The translations under genes were made by a program, and so were the position numbers. Shown here in pieces: positions 18,276 through 26,320 of a stretch of 64,000 nt of DNA; positions within the stretch are counted from its first letter, which is position 1, and each line of letters opens with the position of its first letter. The notes below the pieces were generated by a model. It saw only the letters and a program-made list of their open reading frames with translations. It did no database searches and was not told the DNA's origin. The stretch is from positions 6,194 to 70,193 of the forward strand of contig CAIRTK010000028.1 in the NCBI GenBank assembly GCA_903881475.1. Reading direction: 5' to 3'. This stretch comes from an uncultured Opitutia bacterium (GTDB taxonomy: Bacteria; Verrucomicrobiota; Verrucomicrobiia; Opitutales; Opitutaceae).

Positions 18276-19254
18276 AGTTGAAGAATCCCCGCGTCTGCGC
18301 GCGGGCGTTGGCGGTGTGGAGCAGGCCCTCGGCGCCGGGAAAGGACTGGATGAAATCCACGCCTCTCGGCACGCCCAGCACGAAGGCCGTGGTCGAGAGG
18401 ACGCCGGCCTGCAGGCAGGTGGCCGCGATGACCGTCGCCTGCTGGCACCCATTCGCCACCGGCCAGCCGGTGCGCGGATCGATGATGTGGCCGTAGCGCT
18501 TGCCCCCGAGGGTGAAGCACCGGAGATAGTCACCCGACGAGGCGATGCCCCGGCTGCCCTGCAGCGCCACGCTGGCCGAGGGCGTGCCCGGTTTCGCCGG
18601 ATCCTCCAGCCCGATATGCCACGCCGGCCGGCCCGGCGGCGCACCCAGCGCGCGCAGGTCGTGGCCGAAATCGACGAGCACATTGGCGAGACCGTGGTCC
18701 AGCGCGATCTGCGCGACAACATCCACGGCGTATTCCTTGCCAAAGCCGCCGAAATCGAGCGCCATGCCGGGCTCGGGCAGGAACACCTTGCCCGCGGCGC
18801 GCTGCAGCTTCGCCCAGCCCGTGAGGCGCCGGGCCTCGGCAATCTGCGCCTCCCCGGGGATCACGGGGTGCTCCGCCTTGTAATTCCACAGGCGGATCAG
18901 CGGGAGCGCCGTGGGATCGAGCACGCCCTGGGTCATGAAGTGCAGGGTCTCGCAGAGCTTCAACATCTGCTCCATCTCGGGATCGATCGCGATCCACTCG
19001 CGCCCCGCCGCAGCGTTGATGCGGCTCACCAGGCTGTCCGGCCGGAAGCGGGAATACCTGGCCTCGAAGGCCCCCACCCAAGCGACCGCGGCCTGCTCAA
19101 ACCGCGCAGCCTGCCCGGGGTCCTTCGTCGCGTATTGGACCTCGCAGTTCGTGCCGAGCGCGGGAAAGGTCAGCCGGTGCAGCGGGATGTCCACGCCCAC
19201 GGCGCCGGCAGGCAGCGTCGGAGTCTGGCGGCGGGATTCGGTGAGCAGGGCCAT
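18259..19254 (-). CDS. apbE: FAD:protein FMN transferase (ApbE family)
   Basis: 331 aa. The runs ...ALGTNCEVQY...YSRFRPDSLVSRINAAAG...DPTALPLIRLWNY...ALDFGGFGKEYAVD...IASSGDYLRCF...GKRYGHIIDPRTGWP are typical ApbE blocks. Confidence 0.9.
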   Translation of the reverse strand: MALLTESRRQTPTLPAGAVGVDIPLHRLTFPALGTNCEVQYATKDPGQAARFEQAAVAWVGAFEARYSRFRPDSLVSRINAAAGREWIAIDPEMEQMLKLCETLHFMTQGVLDPTALPLIRLWNYKAEHPVIPGEAQIAEARRLTGWAKLQRAAGKVFLPEPGMALDFGGFGKEYAVDVVAQIALDHGLANVLVDFGHDLRALGAPPGRPAWHIGLEDPAKPGTPSASVALQGSRGIASSGDYLRCFTLGGKRYGHIIDPRTGWPVANGCQQATVIAATCLQAGVLSTTAFVLGVPRGVDFIQSFPGAEGLLHTANARAQTRGFFNYVAAT

Positions 19255-19264
19255 GGCGCGGAGC

Positions 19265-20419
19265 TTACCAGGAGAACTTCACGCCAGCGGTAGTGATGGC
19301 GGCCCGCGGATAGGCGCTGGAGGACGTGACGTGATCCGTGCCGTGCATCTGATACTCCTCGTAAGCGACATTGAACTCCCAGGAGGCGTTGACGGTCCAG
19401 ATCGCCTTCAGGCCGTAGTTATAGCTGCGGAAGGCGGAAAGCCGGTAGTCGGCGGAGTAAAACGGGCCAGCCGGGTTCGGCAGCTGGGACGGCGTGTAGC
19501 TGACGCCATCAAACGAAACAGCGTAGAAATTGGCCGCGGTCTGTTCGTAAAGCCGGAGGCCCGGCCGCAGGATGAGATGCTCCCCGATCTTTTGGAACCA
19601 CGCGAGGTCGACCGTGTGCGCCGTTGTGCCAAAGGTGTCGTGGTAAAACCGGTAGCTTGCCTCCACCGCCCCGTTCAACTTGGGCACCGACCGGTTGATC
19701 GCGGCGTAGGCGGTCCATTTGCTGCGCTGGTCCGGCCGGTTTTCCGCGTAAAGCAGCGGCAGGTACAGGCCGGGGAATACCTCCGTCCTTTTTTCCACGA
19801 CGCGGTAGGGATCGGCCAGATAACCCGTACTCCGGCCATAGCCGACGTTGAACGTGAGCGAGGTCAGCGGGTCGAGGAGCTGGGTGACGCCCGTAATGAG
19901 ATCCAGGCCGTGCTTCGGCTTCACGGTGTCGAGATAGCGCAGGGTCACCCGGTCATCCGTGCCCGCGGCACCAAGGAGCAGCGAGGTGTTCTTCTGGTTG
20001 AAATCGGTCAGCGTATTCACCGACCAGCCGTTGGAAACGTAATCGCTCTCCCGGCTGTAGGCATAGCCGGCGGTGACATTGAGGCCCGAAAACTGGCGGG
20101 AAAGATCCATGCTCCACGCCTTGCGCCGGTCGGAGGTATAGGAAAGCGGCACCGGGCCGCCCGGGGTGGCCGGCGGCGCCCCGTTCGGCGTTGCCCCCGC
20201 GATCGCATCGATCGCGCTCTGCAGTTTCAAGTGCATGTCCGGGCCGAGGTCCTGTTGCACCAGCCCGTATTGCGCCTGGACCGCCACGCGGCCGTCCGCC
20301 TCGCGGTAGTCCTCGTAATCGTAGGTCACGGAGTCCTCTGCCCGGGCCATCCGGGGAGCAAGCCAAGCCAGTAAACCGGCCACCGCCAGCGCGCGACACG
20401 GGACGTGCATTGACCTCAT
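19265..20419 (-). CDS. DUF3570-like predicted outer-membrane beta-barrel protein
   Basis: The start is taken at MRSMHVPCRALAVAGLLAWLAPRMARAED, which includes a signal peptide. The sequence has an alternating beta pattern, is rich in Y/G/T and ends with the terminal GVKFSW. The ORF portion upstream of 20419 runs into a palindromic repeat. It contains DAIAGAT at 20189-20209. Confidence 0.72.
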   Translation of the reverse strand: MRSMHVPCRALAVAGLLAWLAPRMARAEDSVTYDYEDYREADGRVAVQAQYGLVQQDLGPDMHLKLQSAIDAIAGATPNGAPPATPGGPVPLSYTSDRRKAWSMDLSRQFSGLNVTAGYAYSRESDYVSNGWSVNTLTDFNQKNTSLLLGAAGTDDRVTLRYLDTVKPKHGLDLITGVTQLLDPLTSLTFNVGYGRSTGYLADPYRVVEKRTEVFPGLYLPLLYAENRPDQRSKWTAYAAINRSVPKLNGAVEASYRFYHDTFGTTAHTVDLAWFQKIGEHLILRPGLRLYEQTAANFYAVSFDGVSYTPSQLPNPAGPFYSADYRLSAFRSYNYGLKAIWTVNASWEFNVAYEEYQMHGTDHVTSSSAYPRAAITTAGVKFSW

Positions 20420-20514
20420 ATGGAGCGGAGTCCAAACAACCCTCCGGCCGTTGGCGAGTGAGAAGCATGCGGGCAGAGTAACAAACCGGTCAGAAATGCC
20501 CGCAGTGGCATGGT

Positions 20515-20604
20515 CTGTCATTGCGAGGAGCCCGCACGAAGCGGGCGACGAAGCAATCTATCCAGCTGGATCGCCGCGCCCGGCTGCGCCGGGCTCGCGA
20601 TGAC
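20515..20604. repeat. ~90-bp palindromic element (TGTCATTGCGAG...CTCGCGATGACA termini)
   Basis: The termini TGTCATTGCGAG (20515-20526) and CTCGCGATGACA (20593-20604) are inverted and match at 11 of 12 positions. There is an internal hairpin CCCGCACGAAGCGGG. A family A repeat unit follows at 20673-20714. Confidence 0.8.
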
Positions 20605-20766
20605 AAGGCAAACTGTACCACCACCTGAAAATGGGTTCCGATCTGGACCATCCGGTTTCTGGTCCGAATGGTCTTATCCGGATCGAATCCGTGTAATCCG
20701 TGGTCAAAAATTCCTCAGGATTGCTGCTCCGTTGCCTCCGGTAAATTCCAGCCCGACCGGCTCCGG

Positions 20767-21297
20767 TCAGCGCATGATCTCCACCGACGAGACGCGGATC
20801 GAGGCATTGAGCTGCATCGGGCTTGCGCGGTCGGACTGCAGGCTGAACTGCTCGATCCCGATGTAGGGCGAGCGCTTGGTCAGCTCGAGGTAGAAGCGCT
20901 TCAGCGACTCCCAGTCGGTCTTCTGCAGGTTGAACTGCACCGTATGCACCGCGAACTGGCCGCTCCGCTCGCTCTGCGGCGTGTCGTTGGTGAACCGCAC
21001 CCCCTGGCTCCGCGCAAGGGCGTTCAGTTCGCCGACCAGGCGTGTGTCGTCGAGCGTCCGCGCGGGATCCAGGTTCTTCACCGCCTGCTGGGCATGGGCC
21101 TCGATGGCCGCACGGTCCCGCAGCCACTGCTGCTGGTCCGCCAGGGCGACCGTCGTCGCCCGCTGCGTCCGCCAGAAGGCCGCCGCGCGCTTGCTGAACG
21201 CCGACAGCAGCATGACCGCGACCAGCGCCGTGATCGCCACGAGCAGCAGCTTCTCGCGCAGGAGCCGCTGGAGGAAATAGGCCTTGAAGGATCTCAT
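20767..21297 (-). CDS. gspM: GspM-like T2SS assembly protein (bitopic)
   Basis: 176 aa with a single N-terminal TM segment (KLLLVAITALVAVMLLSAF). It is the last gene of the pseudopilin operon and its ATG overlaps the upstream stop as ATGA. The call rests on position and topology, not on a recognised motif. Confidence 0.55.
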   Translation of the reverse strand: MRSFKAYFLQRLLREKLLLVAITALVAVMLLSAFSKRAAAFWRTQRATTVALADQQQWLRDRAAIEAHAQQAVKNLDPARTLDDTRLVGELNALARSQGVRFTNDTPQSERSGQFAVHTVQFNLQKTDWESLKRFYLELTKRSPYIGIEQFSLQSDRASPMQLNASIRVSSVEIMR

Positions 21298-22439
21298 GAC
21301 GCGGCGGCGGGCTTCAGCGCCTCGGGGTGGAAGGTGATGACGAGGGTGAACGTCATAACGTTGTCCCGTGTGCGCTGGTCGCGCACCTCGACCTTCTCGC
21401 AGGCCGGCAGGTCGCCGAGCGCCGAGCGGAACGTGGAAACCTCGGCGGGCGACGTCGTCTGCGCGTCCACCTTCAGCGTGTACAGCCCGTCCGTCGTGGC
21501 GCGCAGGAACTGGATGGAGACCGGCCGGATCGTGCCGCTCACGAGCGAGATCATCTCGAGCGGCAGAAGGCGCTTGGTCGAGAGTTCGTTGATGTGGGTG
21601 GCGAGGCTCTGCTGCGTCATGATCTGGTCCACGACCGGCTGCTGGGCCGCGACCTTCAGCTCGCGGCCCTTCTGCCAGAAGCCGGCGCCGTACAGGGCCG
21701 CCCAGCCGAGCACGATCAGGCCGATCGCCGCCGCACAGCCGAGGAATCCGCGCCAGAGCATCACGTCGCGGGCCCGCGCCCGGCGCAGCGCGGCGAGTTC
21801 CGCCTTGTCCCGCACGTCCATCGTCGCGGCCAGCGCCGCGGGCAGCCGCGAAACCCGCGACTCCGCCCGGAAGACAAATTCATCCTCGCTGCCCGCGGCC
21901 GCCACCGGCTCCGGCGGCGCGCCCAGCTCGATGACTTCCCGGCTGCCGCCGGCGGCGCGCAGCAGTTCGTCCCGCACGCGGGTCTTTTCCGCGTCATCGG
22001 CCGCGGCCGGGAGCGGCCGGAACAGCACCGCCGCGGGCACCGTCCCTTGGTCCCAGTGGATCGCGGTCAGCCCGTCGGCCGAGGTCACCAGCAGCGTGGT
22101 CGCCGGGGAAACCTCGCCGCCGAGCAGCGCGGCAAACGCCGGCAGCACGAGTTCGGCGCCGTTCCATGACTCCACCTGCTCGCGGGTGAAGCGCCGGCGG
22201 TAGGCCGCAAAGACCAGGGCCCGCTCCGCCCCGGGCACCCAGAAGAAGCCATGGTACAGTTGCGCGGGCGGAAAGGGCGCCAGCGCCTCCAGCCCCAGTT
22301 CCGCCTGGACCGCCGCCTCGGCGGGCGTCGCCGCCGGGGCCATGGGAATGGCCCGGGCGAAGAACAGCGCATCGGGCAGCAGCACCACCTTGGCGGCGGG
22401 TACGCCGGCCTTGGGCGGGTTGGGGGAAGGCTGGGTCAT
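21294..22439 (-). CDS. gspL: GspL-like T2SS assembly protein (cytoplasmic domain, one TM segment, periplasmic domain)
   Basis: 381 aa with a central TM segment FLGCAAAIGLIVLGWAALYGAGFW. It is translationally coupled (ATGA) to gspK upstream and gspM downstream. The call rests on position and topology. Confidence 0.5.
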   Translation of the reverse strand: MTQPSPNPPKAGVPAAKVVLLPDALFFARAIPMAPAATPAEAAVQAELGLEALAPFPPAQLYHGFFWVPGAERALVFAAYRRRFTREQVESWNGAELVLPAFAALLGGEVSPATTLLVTSADGLTAIHWDQGTVPAAVLFRPLPAAADDAEKTRVRDELLRAAGGSREVIELGAPPEPVAAAGSEDEFVFRAESRVSRLPAALAATMDVRDKAELAALRRARARDVMLWRGFLGCAAAIGLIVLGWAALYGAGFWQKGRELKVAAQQPVVDQIMTQQSLATHINELSTKRLLPLEMISLVSGTIRPVSIQFLRATTDGLYTLKVDAQTTSPAEVSTFRSALGDLPACEKVEVRDQRTRDNVMTFTLVITFHPEALKPAAAS

Positions 22440-23617
22440 GCGGATGGGACAGCGGGCGGAGGAGTTGGAATCGCAGGATTTTCCTGAATTTCCAAGAGAG
22501 TAAATGGATAGTTGAGCTGCGGCGGCGGAGTCGCGGCGGTCGAGGTGCTGGAACTGGCGGACGTGGACGTGGAGGCCGCGGTGGCGGTGGATGTGACCGT
22601 GGTCGTCGTGCCAGACGTGGCGGACCGGGTGGAGGTTGCATTCGTCTGCACGATCGTGGCGCCACCCTGCGGCGCCACCACCGCGGTCAGGCGGAACTCC
22701 TCGCGGCCCTCGCGGATCGTCACGTTCACCCGCAGCGCCCGGACCTGGATGCCGGCCAGCGGCGGCAGGGCCGCCGAGCCCAGCACGGTGCTGGCCTGCA
22801 GCGCCGTGGTGAACCAGCTCGGGCCCTGCGAGGCATAGGTGCCGGTCCCGGCGAGAAAGTCGTTAAAGCGCTGCTGCTGCGAAAGGTCGGGGAAGCCGAT
22901 GGCGGACAGCACGTCCGGCGTGGCCGCATTGAGGTTGGCCTGCTGGTAATTATAGAGGGAAAATGTCGCGACAAACCGCCGCCACAGGTCGTTGGGCCGG
23001 CCCTGCTCGTCGTAGAACATCTCGCGGGCGTAATCGATCGCCGCCAGTTCCGAATACGACCGCAGCGGGCGCGACGGCGGCAGATAGGGCAGCGCGGATT
23101 GCTCGTAATCCGGCGCCTGGCCCGTGGCAGGCACATAATTCGGCTGCATCCAGCCCAGCAGTGCGTCCGTGAGATGCTCCGCGTCGGCCTGCTTGAGCGA
23201 CCAGGCCTTGAACAGGTTGGTCAGCGTCCCGGCATCGACCCGCGACAGGGAGATCTTGCCGCTCTCGTCCTGCAGGGTGACTTCCGCCGTGCACCCTTCG
23301 CGCGGCGTCCAGCCCGCCCACCCGAGCGGATCGCCCCAGCCTTCCGCGGGACTGTGCAGCGCCCCGTTGGCCTGGCGGAAGTCCTCGAGCGTCGCCAGCG
23401 TGACCTCGAGGGCCGAATACGCCTCCCGCCGCAGGCGCCGCGCCGAAGCCTCGCGCGCCTCGACCAGCAGGTCTGTGCTCGCCTGCTCGATGAAGAGCAC
23501 CAGCGCAAACGACGTGAATAGCAGCGTCACCAGGACAATGATGAGCACCGAGCCCGACTCTTTCCGGGTGGAGCGCGCGCTCCCGGCCGAATCCTGGCAT
23601 GACAGTCCTCGGTTCAT
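22436..23617 (-). CDS. gspK: T2SS minor pseudopilin GspK
   Basis: The N-terminal hydrophobic helix GSVLIIVLVTLLFTSFALVLF is followed by the region ...SGKISLSRVDAGTLTNLF...DALLGW...L.SYSELAAI, typical of the GspK crossover/helix-hairpin-helix region. The C-terminal tail is S/T-rich. Confidence 0.8.
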   Translation of the reverse strand: MNRGLSCQDSAGSARSTRKESGSVLIIVLVTLLFTSFALVLFIEQASTDLLVEAREASARRLRREAYSALEVTLATLEDFRQANGALHSPAEGWGDPLGWAGWTPREGCTAEVTLQDESGKISLSRVDAGTLTNLFKAWSLKQADAEHLTDALLGWMQPNYVPATGQAPDYEQSALPYLPPSRPLRSYSELAAIDYAREMFYDEQGRPNDLWRRFVATFSLYNYQQANLNAATPDVLSAIGFPDLSQQQRFNDFLAGTGTYASQGPSWFTTALQASTVLGSAALPPLAGIQVRALRVNVTIREGREEFRLTAVVAPQGGATIVQTNATSTRSATSGTTTTVTSTATAASTSTSASSSTSTAATPPPQLNYPFTLLEIQENPAIPTPPPAVPSA

Positions 23618-23619
23618 GG

Positions 23620-24282
23620 TCAGAAATTGGGCATGCCGGCCGTCGGGGCGCTGAGCACGATGACGGTTTCCCGCGTCATCTTCCCGTAGGCGAATTTCAG
23701 GCGCAGGCGCTGCGGGGTCTGCAGCTGGCCGGTGTTATCCTTCCGGATCGCGGTCTCCGTCTTCCACGTCTTGAAGTCGGAGTCGTAATAATCGTAGGCC
23801 AGCGCGGTGACGAGCGGCGTGATGACGAGCTCGCGCGGCGGGTCGTCGCCAAATTTTTTCTCCAGGCGCGACTGCCACAGCAGCACGAGCCCCTGGCTGT
23901 CGCGCGCCTGCAGCGAGCACACTACCTCCGGCAGCGGCCGGTCCGGCCAGTTGAAGAGGCGGCACCCGGCCGTCAGCTCGAAGGTCAGAAGGTTGTCCGA
24001 CTGTCCGCTCAGCGGGCGGACCTCCTGCGCCGTGATGGGCGCGCCGCCGGCGACGGCATAGGGTGGCAGCGCAGCCGCGCGGAGTTGCTGGTCGAGAAAG
24101 CGCGTGACCGCCCGCACATGCCGGTCGAACAGGCGGACATCCGTGTTGCGGCCCCAGAGCTCGCCCATCGAGAACACAAACACGTTGAGCGAAACCAGCA
24201 CCAGCGCCGTCAGCGCCAGCGCGAGGAGGATTTCGAGCAGGGTGAAACCGGCGCGGATTTTCGATTTCGTCACTCTGAGCAC
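23620..24282 (-). CDS. gspJ: T2SS minor pseudopilin GspJ-like
   Basis: The prepilin N-terminus VLRVTKSKIRAG|FTLLEILLALALTALVLV follows GTG 24282 (alternative GTG 24273). An ATG at 24465 is ATGA-coupled to the gspI stop, but it would add a 72-aa leader made of repeat DNA. Confidence 0.7.
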   Translation of the reverse strand: MLRVTKSKIRAGFTLLEILLALALTALVLVSLNVFVFSMGELWGRNTDVRLFDRHVRAVTRFLDQQLRAAALPPYAVAGGAPITAQEVRPLSGQSDNLLTFELTAGCRLFNWPDRPLPEVVCSLQARDSQGLVLLWQSRLEKKFGDDPPRELVITPLVTALAYDYYDSDFKTWKTETAIRKDNTGQLQTPQRLRLKFAYGKMTRETVIVLSAPTAGMPNF

Positions 24283-24381
24283 AGCGAAGTCCAAGCACTG
24301 GGGCCTGGCTCGACATCCAGCCGGAGTACGTTGCGAGTTTAGACCGCGCCCAGCTGGATTCTTGACTTCGTTCAGAATGAC
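24269..24381. repeat. Palindromic element inserted between gspI and gspJ (GTCACTCTGAGC...GTTCAGAATGAC)
   Basis: GTCACTCTGAGCACAGCGAAGTCCAAG (24269-24295) is an imperfect inverted repeat of CTTGACTTCGTTCAGAATGAC (24361-24381). It translates as the familiar VILNEVKNP-type repeat peptide. Confidence 0.75.
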
Positions 24382-24461
24382 AAAGCGGGATTGCAGACCC
24401 ACTCCGGATTCCGACCCCATCTGCCATCTACTAAATTCCAACTTCCCGGCTGCGGCCTTTT

Positions 24462-24908
24462 TCATGGGTTCGCCCCCTGCAGCCCCTTGATGCGGTTCTG
24501 CGCATTCTGGCGCAGCGTGGAGTTCGCCACCGGGTCGGCCCAGGTCGGGCGGTCCACATTGAAATGCTCGGTCACCGTCTGCAGTCCGCCCCCGGTGGGT
24601 TCCGTCAACTCGCACACAAACGTCACGAGGAACAGGTCGGCGGTGTTGGTGGCCTCGATGGTGGCGTGCCATTTCACATGGCGGCCGCCGAGGGAATCGT
24701 AATCCCCGCCCTGCTCCGCCTTGTCGTGGTCGGGCTCCGCCAGCAGCTGGGCCCGGGCGAAGCTGACGTCCTGGTCGTACTGGTTGCCGCGCTGGGCCTG
24801 CTCGTAGGCGTTGAGGACGTTTACATACCCCGCGCCCAGCACGACGGCGGCGAACGCGAAGATCGCGAGCGCGACCATGACCTCAAGCAGGGTGAAGGCG
24901 CGGCGCAT
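24462..24908 (-). CDS. gspI: T2SS minor pseudopilin GspI
   Basis: MRRA|FTLLEVMVALAIFAFAAVVLGAGY... at 148 aa. It starts 1 nt after the gspH stop. Confidence 0.8.
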   Translation of the reverse strand: MRRAFTLLEVMVALAIFAFAAVVLGAGYVNVLNAYEQAQRGNQYDQDVSFARAQLLAEPDHDKAEQGGDYDSLGGRHVKWHATIEATNTADLFLVTFVCELTEPTGGGLQTVTEHFNVDRPTWADPVANSTLRQNAQNRIKGLQGANP

Positions 24909-24909
24909 G

Positions 24910-25614
24910 TCAGGTCGGGTTGTCCCCGCGCGCCAGCACCTGGGCGCAGGTCCACGGGTCGATGGCCAGGATGCGGGCGGACCCGCCGGCGCGGAACTGC
25001 ACCCGGCAAGCCGTGCAGGTGCCGTCGGGATAAAACGTGACGGAGGGCATCGTCTGGGTGTCCACGAGCGTGCCGCCGATCAGGATCGTGCTGCCGCCAG
25101 TCTGCGCCGACAAAAATTCCACCGTCAGGTCCTGCGCTGGCGGCACCGGCAGGGATTTCTTCACGGTGCCGTCGTCCAGCACGAACGCCTTCTCCTTGGG
25201 ATCGAAGCTCAGCCGCACCTCCTGCTCGGACTTGAGCGCGGCCTGGCGCGACTTCAGGACAGCCTGCCAGAACACATCCTCCGCCGTGGCGGGTTTGTCC
25301 CCGATCAACTGGGCCGAGCCGGTCACCAGCGCACCGGCCAGCAGCGCCATAAGCGCCAGCGCGAGGAGAATCTCCAGCAGCGTGAACGCTGCGCGGCGCG
25401 GCGCGGCTGCGGACGTTTCCCGGGTCGGGCGAGTTGCCTGGCCGCCATCGCCCCGGCGGAGAAGGATCCCCGACGAGCCGCCCCCTTGACCAGAGCCATC
25501 GGCTGAAAGCGGATCGCTGATCTCTGCCTTCTGACTTCTGGCCTCCGGCCCCCGGCCTCTGACCTCCGTCAGCGGCAAGCCGCCCACCCTCCCCCGGCAA
25601 TGGACCAGGCGCAT
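24910..25614 (-). CDS. gspH: T2SS minor pseudopilin GspH-like with anomalously long pre-FTLLE leader (start uncertain)
   Basis: The mature-type N-terminus AA|FTLLEILLALALMALLAGALV begins at 25386. Hand translation finds in-frame start codons upstream only at ATG 25614, GTG 25587 and TTG 25575. Confidence 0.65.
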   Translation of the reverse strand: MRLVHCRGRVGGLPLTEVRGRGPEARSQKAEISDPLSADGSGQGGGSSGILLRRGDGGQATRPTRETSAAAPRRAAFTLLEILLALALMALLAGALVTGSAQLIGDKPATAEDVFWQAVLKSRQAALKSEQEVRLSFDPKEKAFVLDDGTVKKSLPVPPAQDLTVEFLSAQTGGSTILIGGTLVDTQTMPSVTFYPDGTCTACRVQFRAGGSARILAIDPWTCAQVLARGDNPT

Positions 25615-25624
25615 CGGCAAACCC

Positions 25625-26074
25625 TCACCAGTTGCCGATATCGTCCGCGGTGCCCTCGGTCTTGTCGGGGCCCTTGGAGAAGATGTCATAGCCGTTCTTG
25701 TTATGGACGCCGGGATAGCGGTAGATGTAGGGCTCGCCCCACGGATCGAGGGGGATCTTGGAGTCGGAGAAATAGGGACCGGTCCACTGGCCCTCCTTGC
25801 CGCTCGGCGCGGTGATCAGGGCCTGGAGGCCCTCCGCGGTCGAGGGATAGTCGCCCATCTTGATGCGGTAGCTGGTGAGCGGGAGCTTGATGGACTCGCG
25901 CACGAAGAGCTTGGCGGTCGAGGTCTGGGCATCGCCGAAAATGCTGTCGAGGTTGGTGACCGCCAGGCCGACGAGCAGCCCGAGGATGGCCAGGGCGATC
26001 ATGATCTCCAGGAGCGTGAAACCCCGGCGCAGCGCGCGGAGGGGAGAGCGGGACGAGCGGGGTGACAGAAGCAT
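25625..26074 (-). CDS. gspG: T2SS major pseudopilin GspG
   Basis: ATG at 26074 gives MLLSPRSSRSPLRALRRG|FTLLEIMIALAILGLLVGLAV. The C-terminal GspG signature is GPYF...DPWGEPYIYRYPG...YDIFSKGPD. Confidence 0.92.
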   Translation of the reverse strand: MLLSPRSSRSPLRALRRGFTLLEIMIALAILGLLVGLAVTNLDSIFGDAQTSTAKLFVRESIKLPLTSYRIKMGDYPSTAEGLQALITAPSGKEGQWTGPYFSDSKIPLDPWGEPYIYRYPGVHNKNGYDIFSKGPDKTEGTADDIGNW

Positions 26075-26320
26075 GGCAGGATTAAAGGGCGCAGGATGCG
26101 CGGATGTCGAGACGCCCGCAGCTCGGAAAGGTTGCGGCGAAGTCCACATAGATGACTTAGGAATTAAATATGTGAACGATATCTCCTCTTAATCTATCGA
26201 CGCGAACTTCTATCCGGCAGGTTTCCATCCTGTGATCGATTGATTTCTCGCGTTCGCTATTGCCGAAAAATCTTCCCGCTCATCGCGACATTACTAACAT
26301 CTTACCCGTTAACTCGCGCT

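Noticed and set aside
17685-18842. The full 385-aa ORF as the thioredoxin gene, which would overlap most of apbE's 3' half in another frame.
   Set aside because: The upstream 189 codons are R/A/S/P-rich and overlap the well-supported apbE coding sequence. The internal ATG at 18275 gives a normal signal-anchor plus TlpA domain.
20767-26074. Reading the pseudopilin cluster as a type IVa pilus operon, because two PilT genes lie 17 kb away.
   Set aside because: The major subunit has the GspG-specific C-terminal signature (GPYF..DPWG.PY.Y). A GspK-type minor pseudopilin is present. The order G-H-I-J-K-L-M with a GspD/E/F block is the T2SS layout. No PilA-, PilM/N/O/P- or PilQ-specific features were seen.
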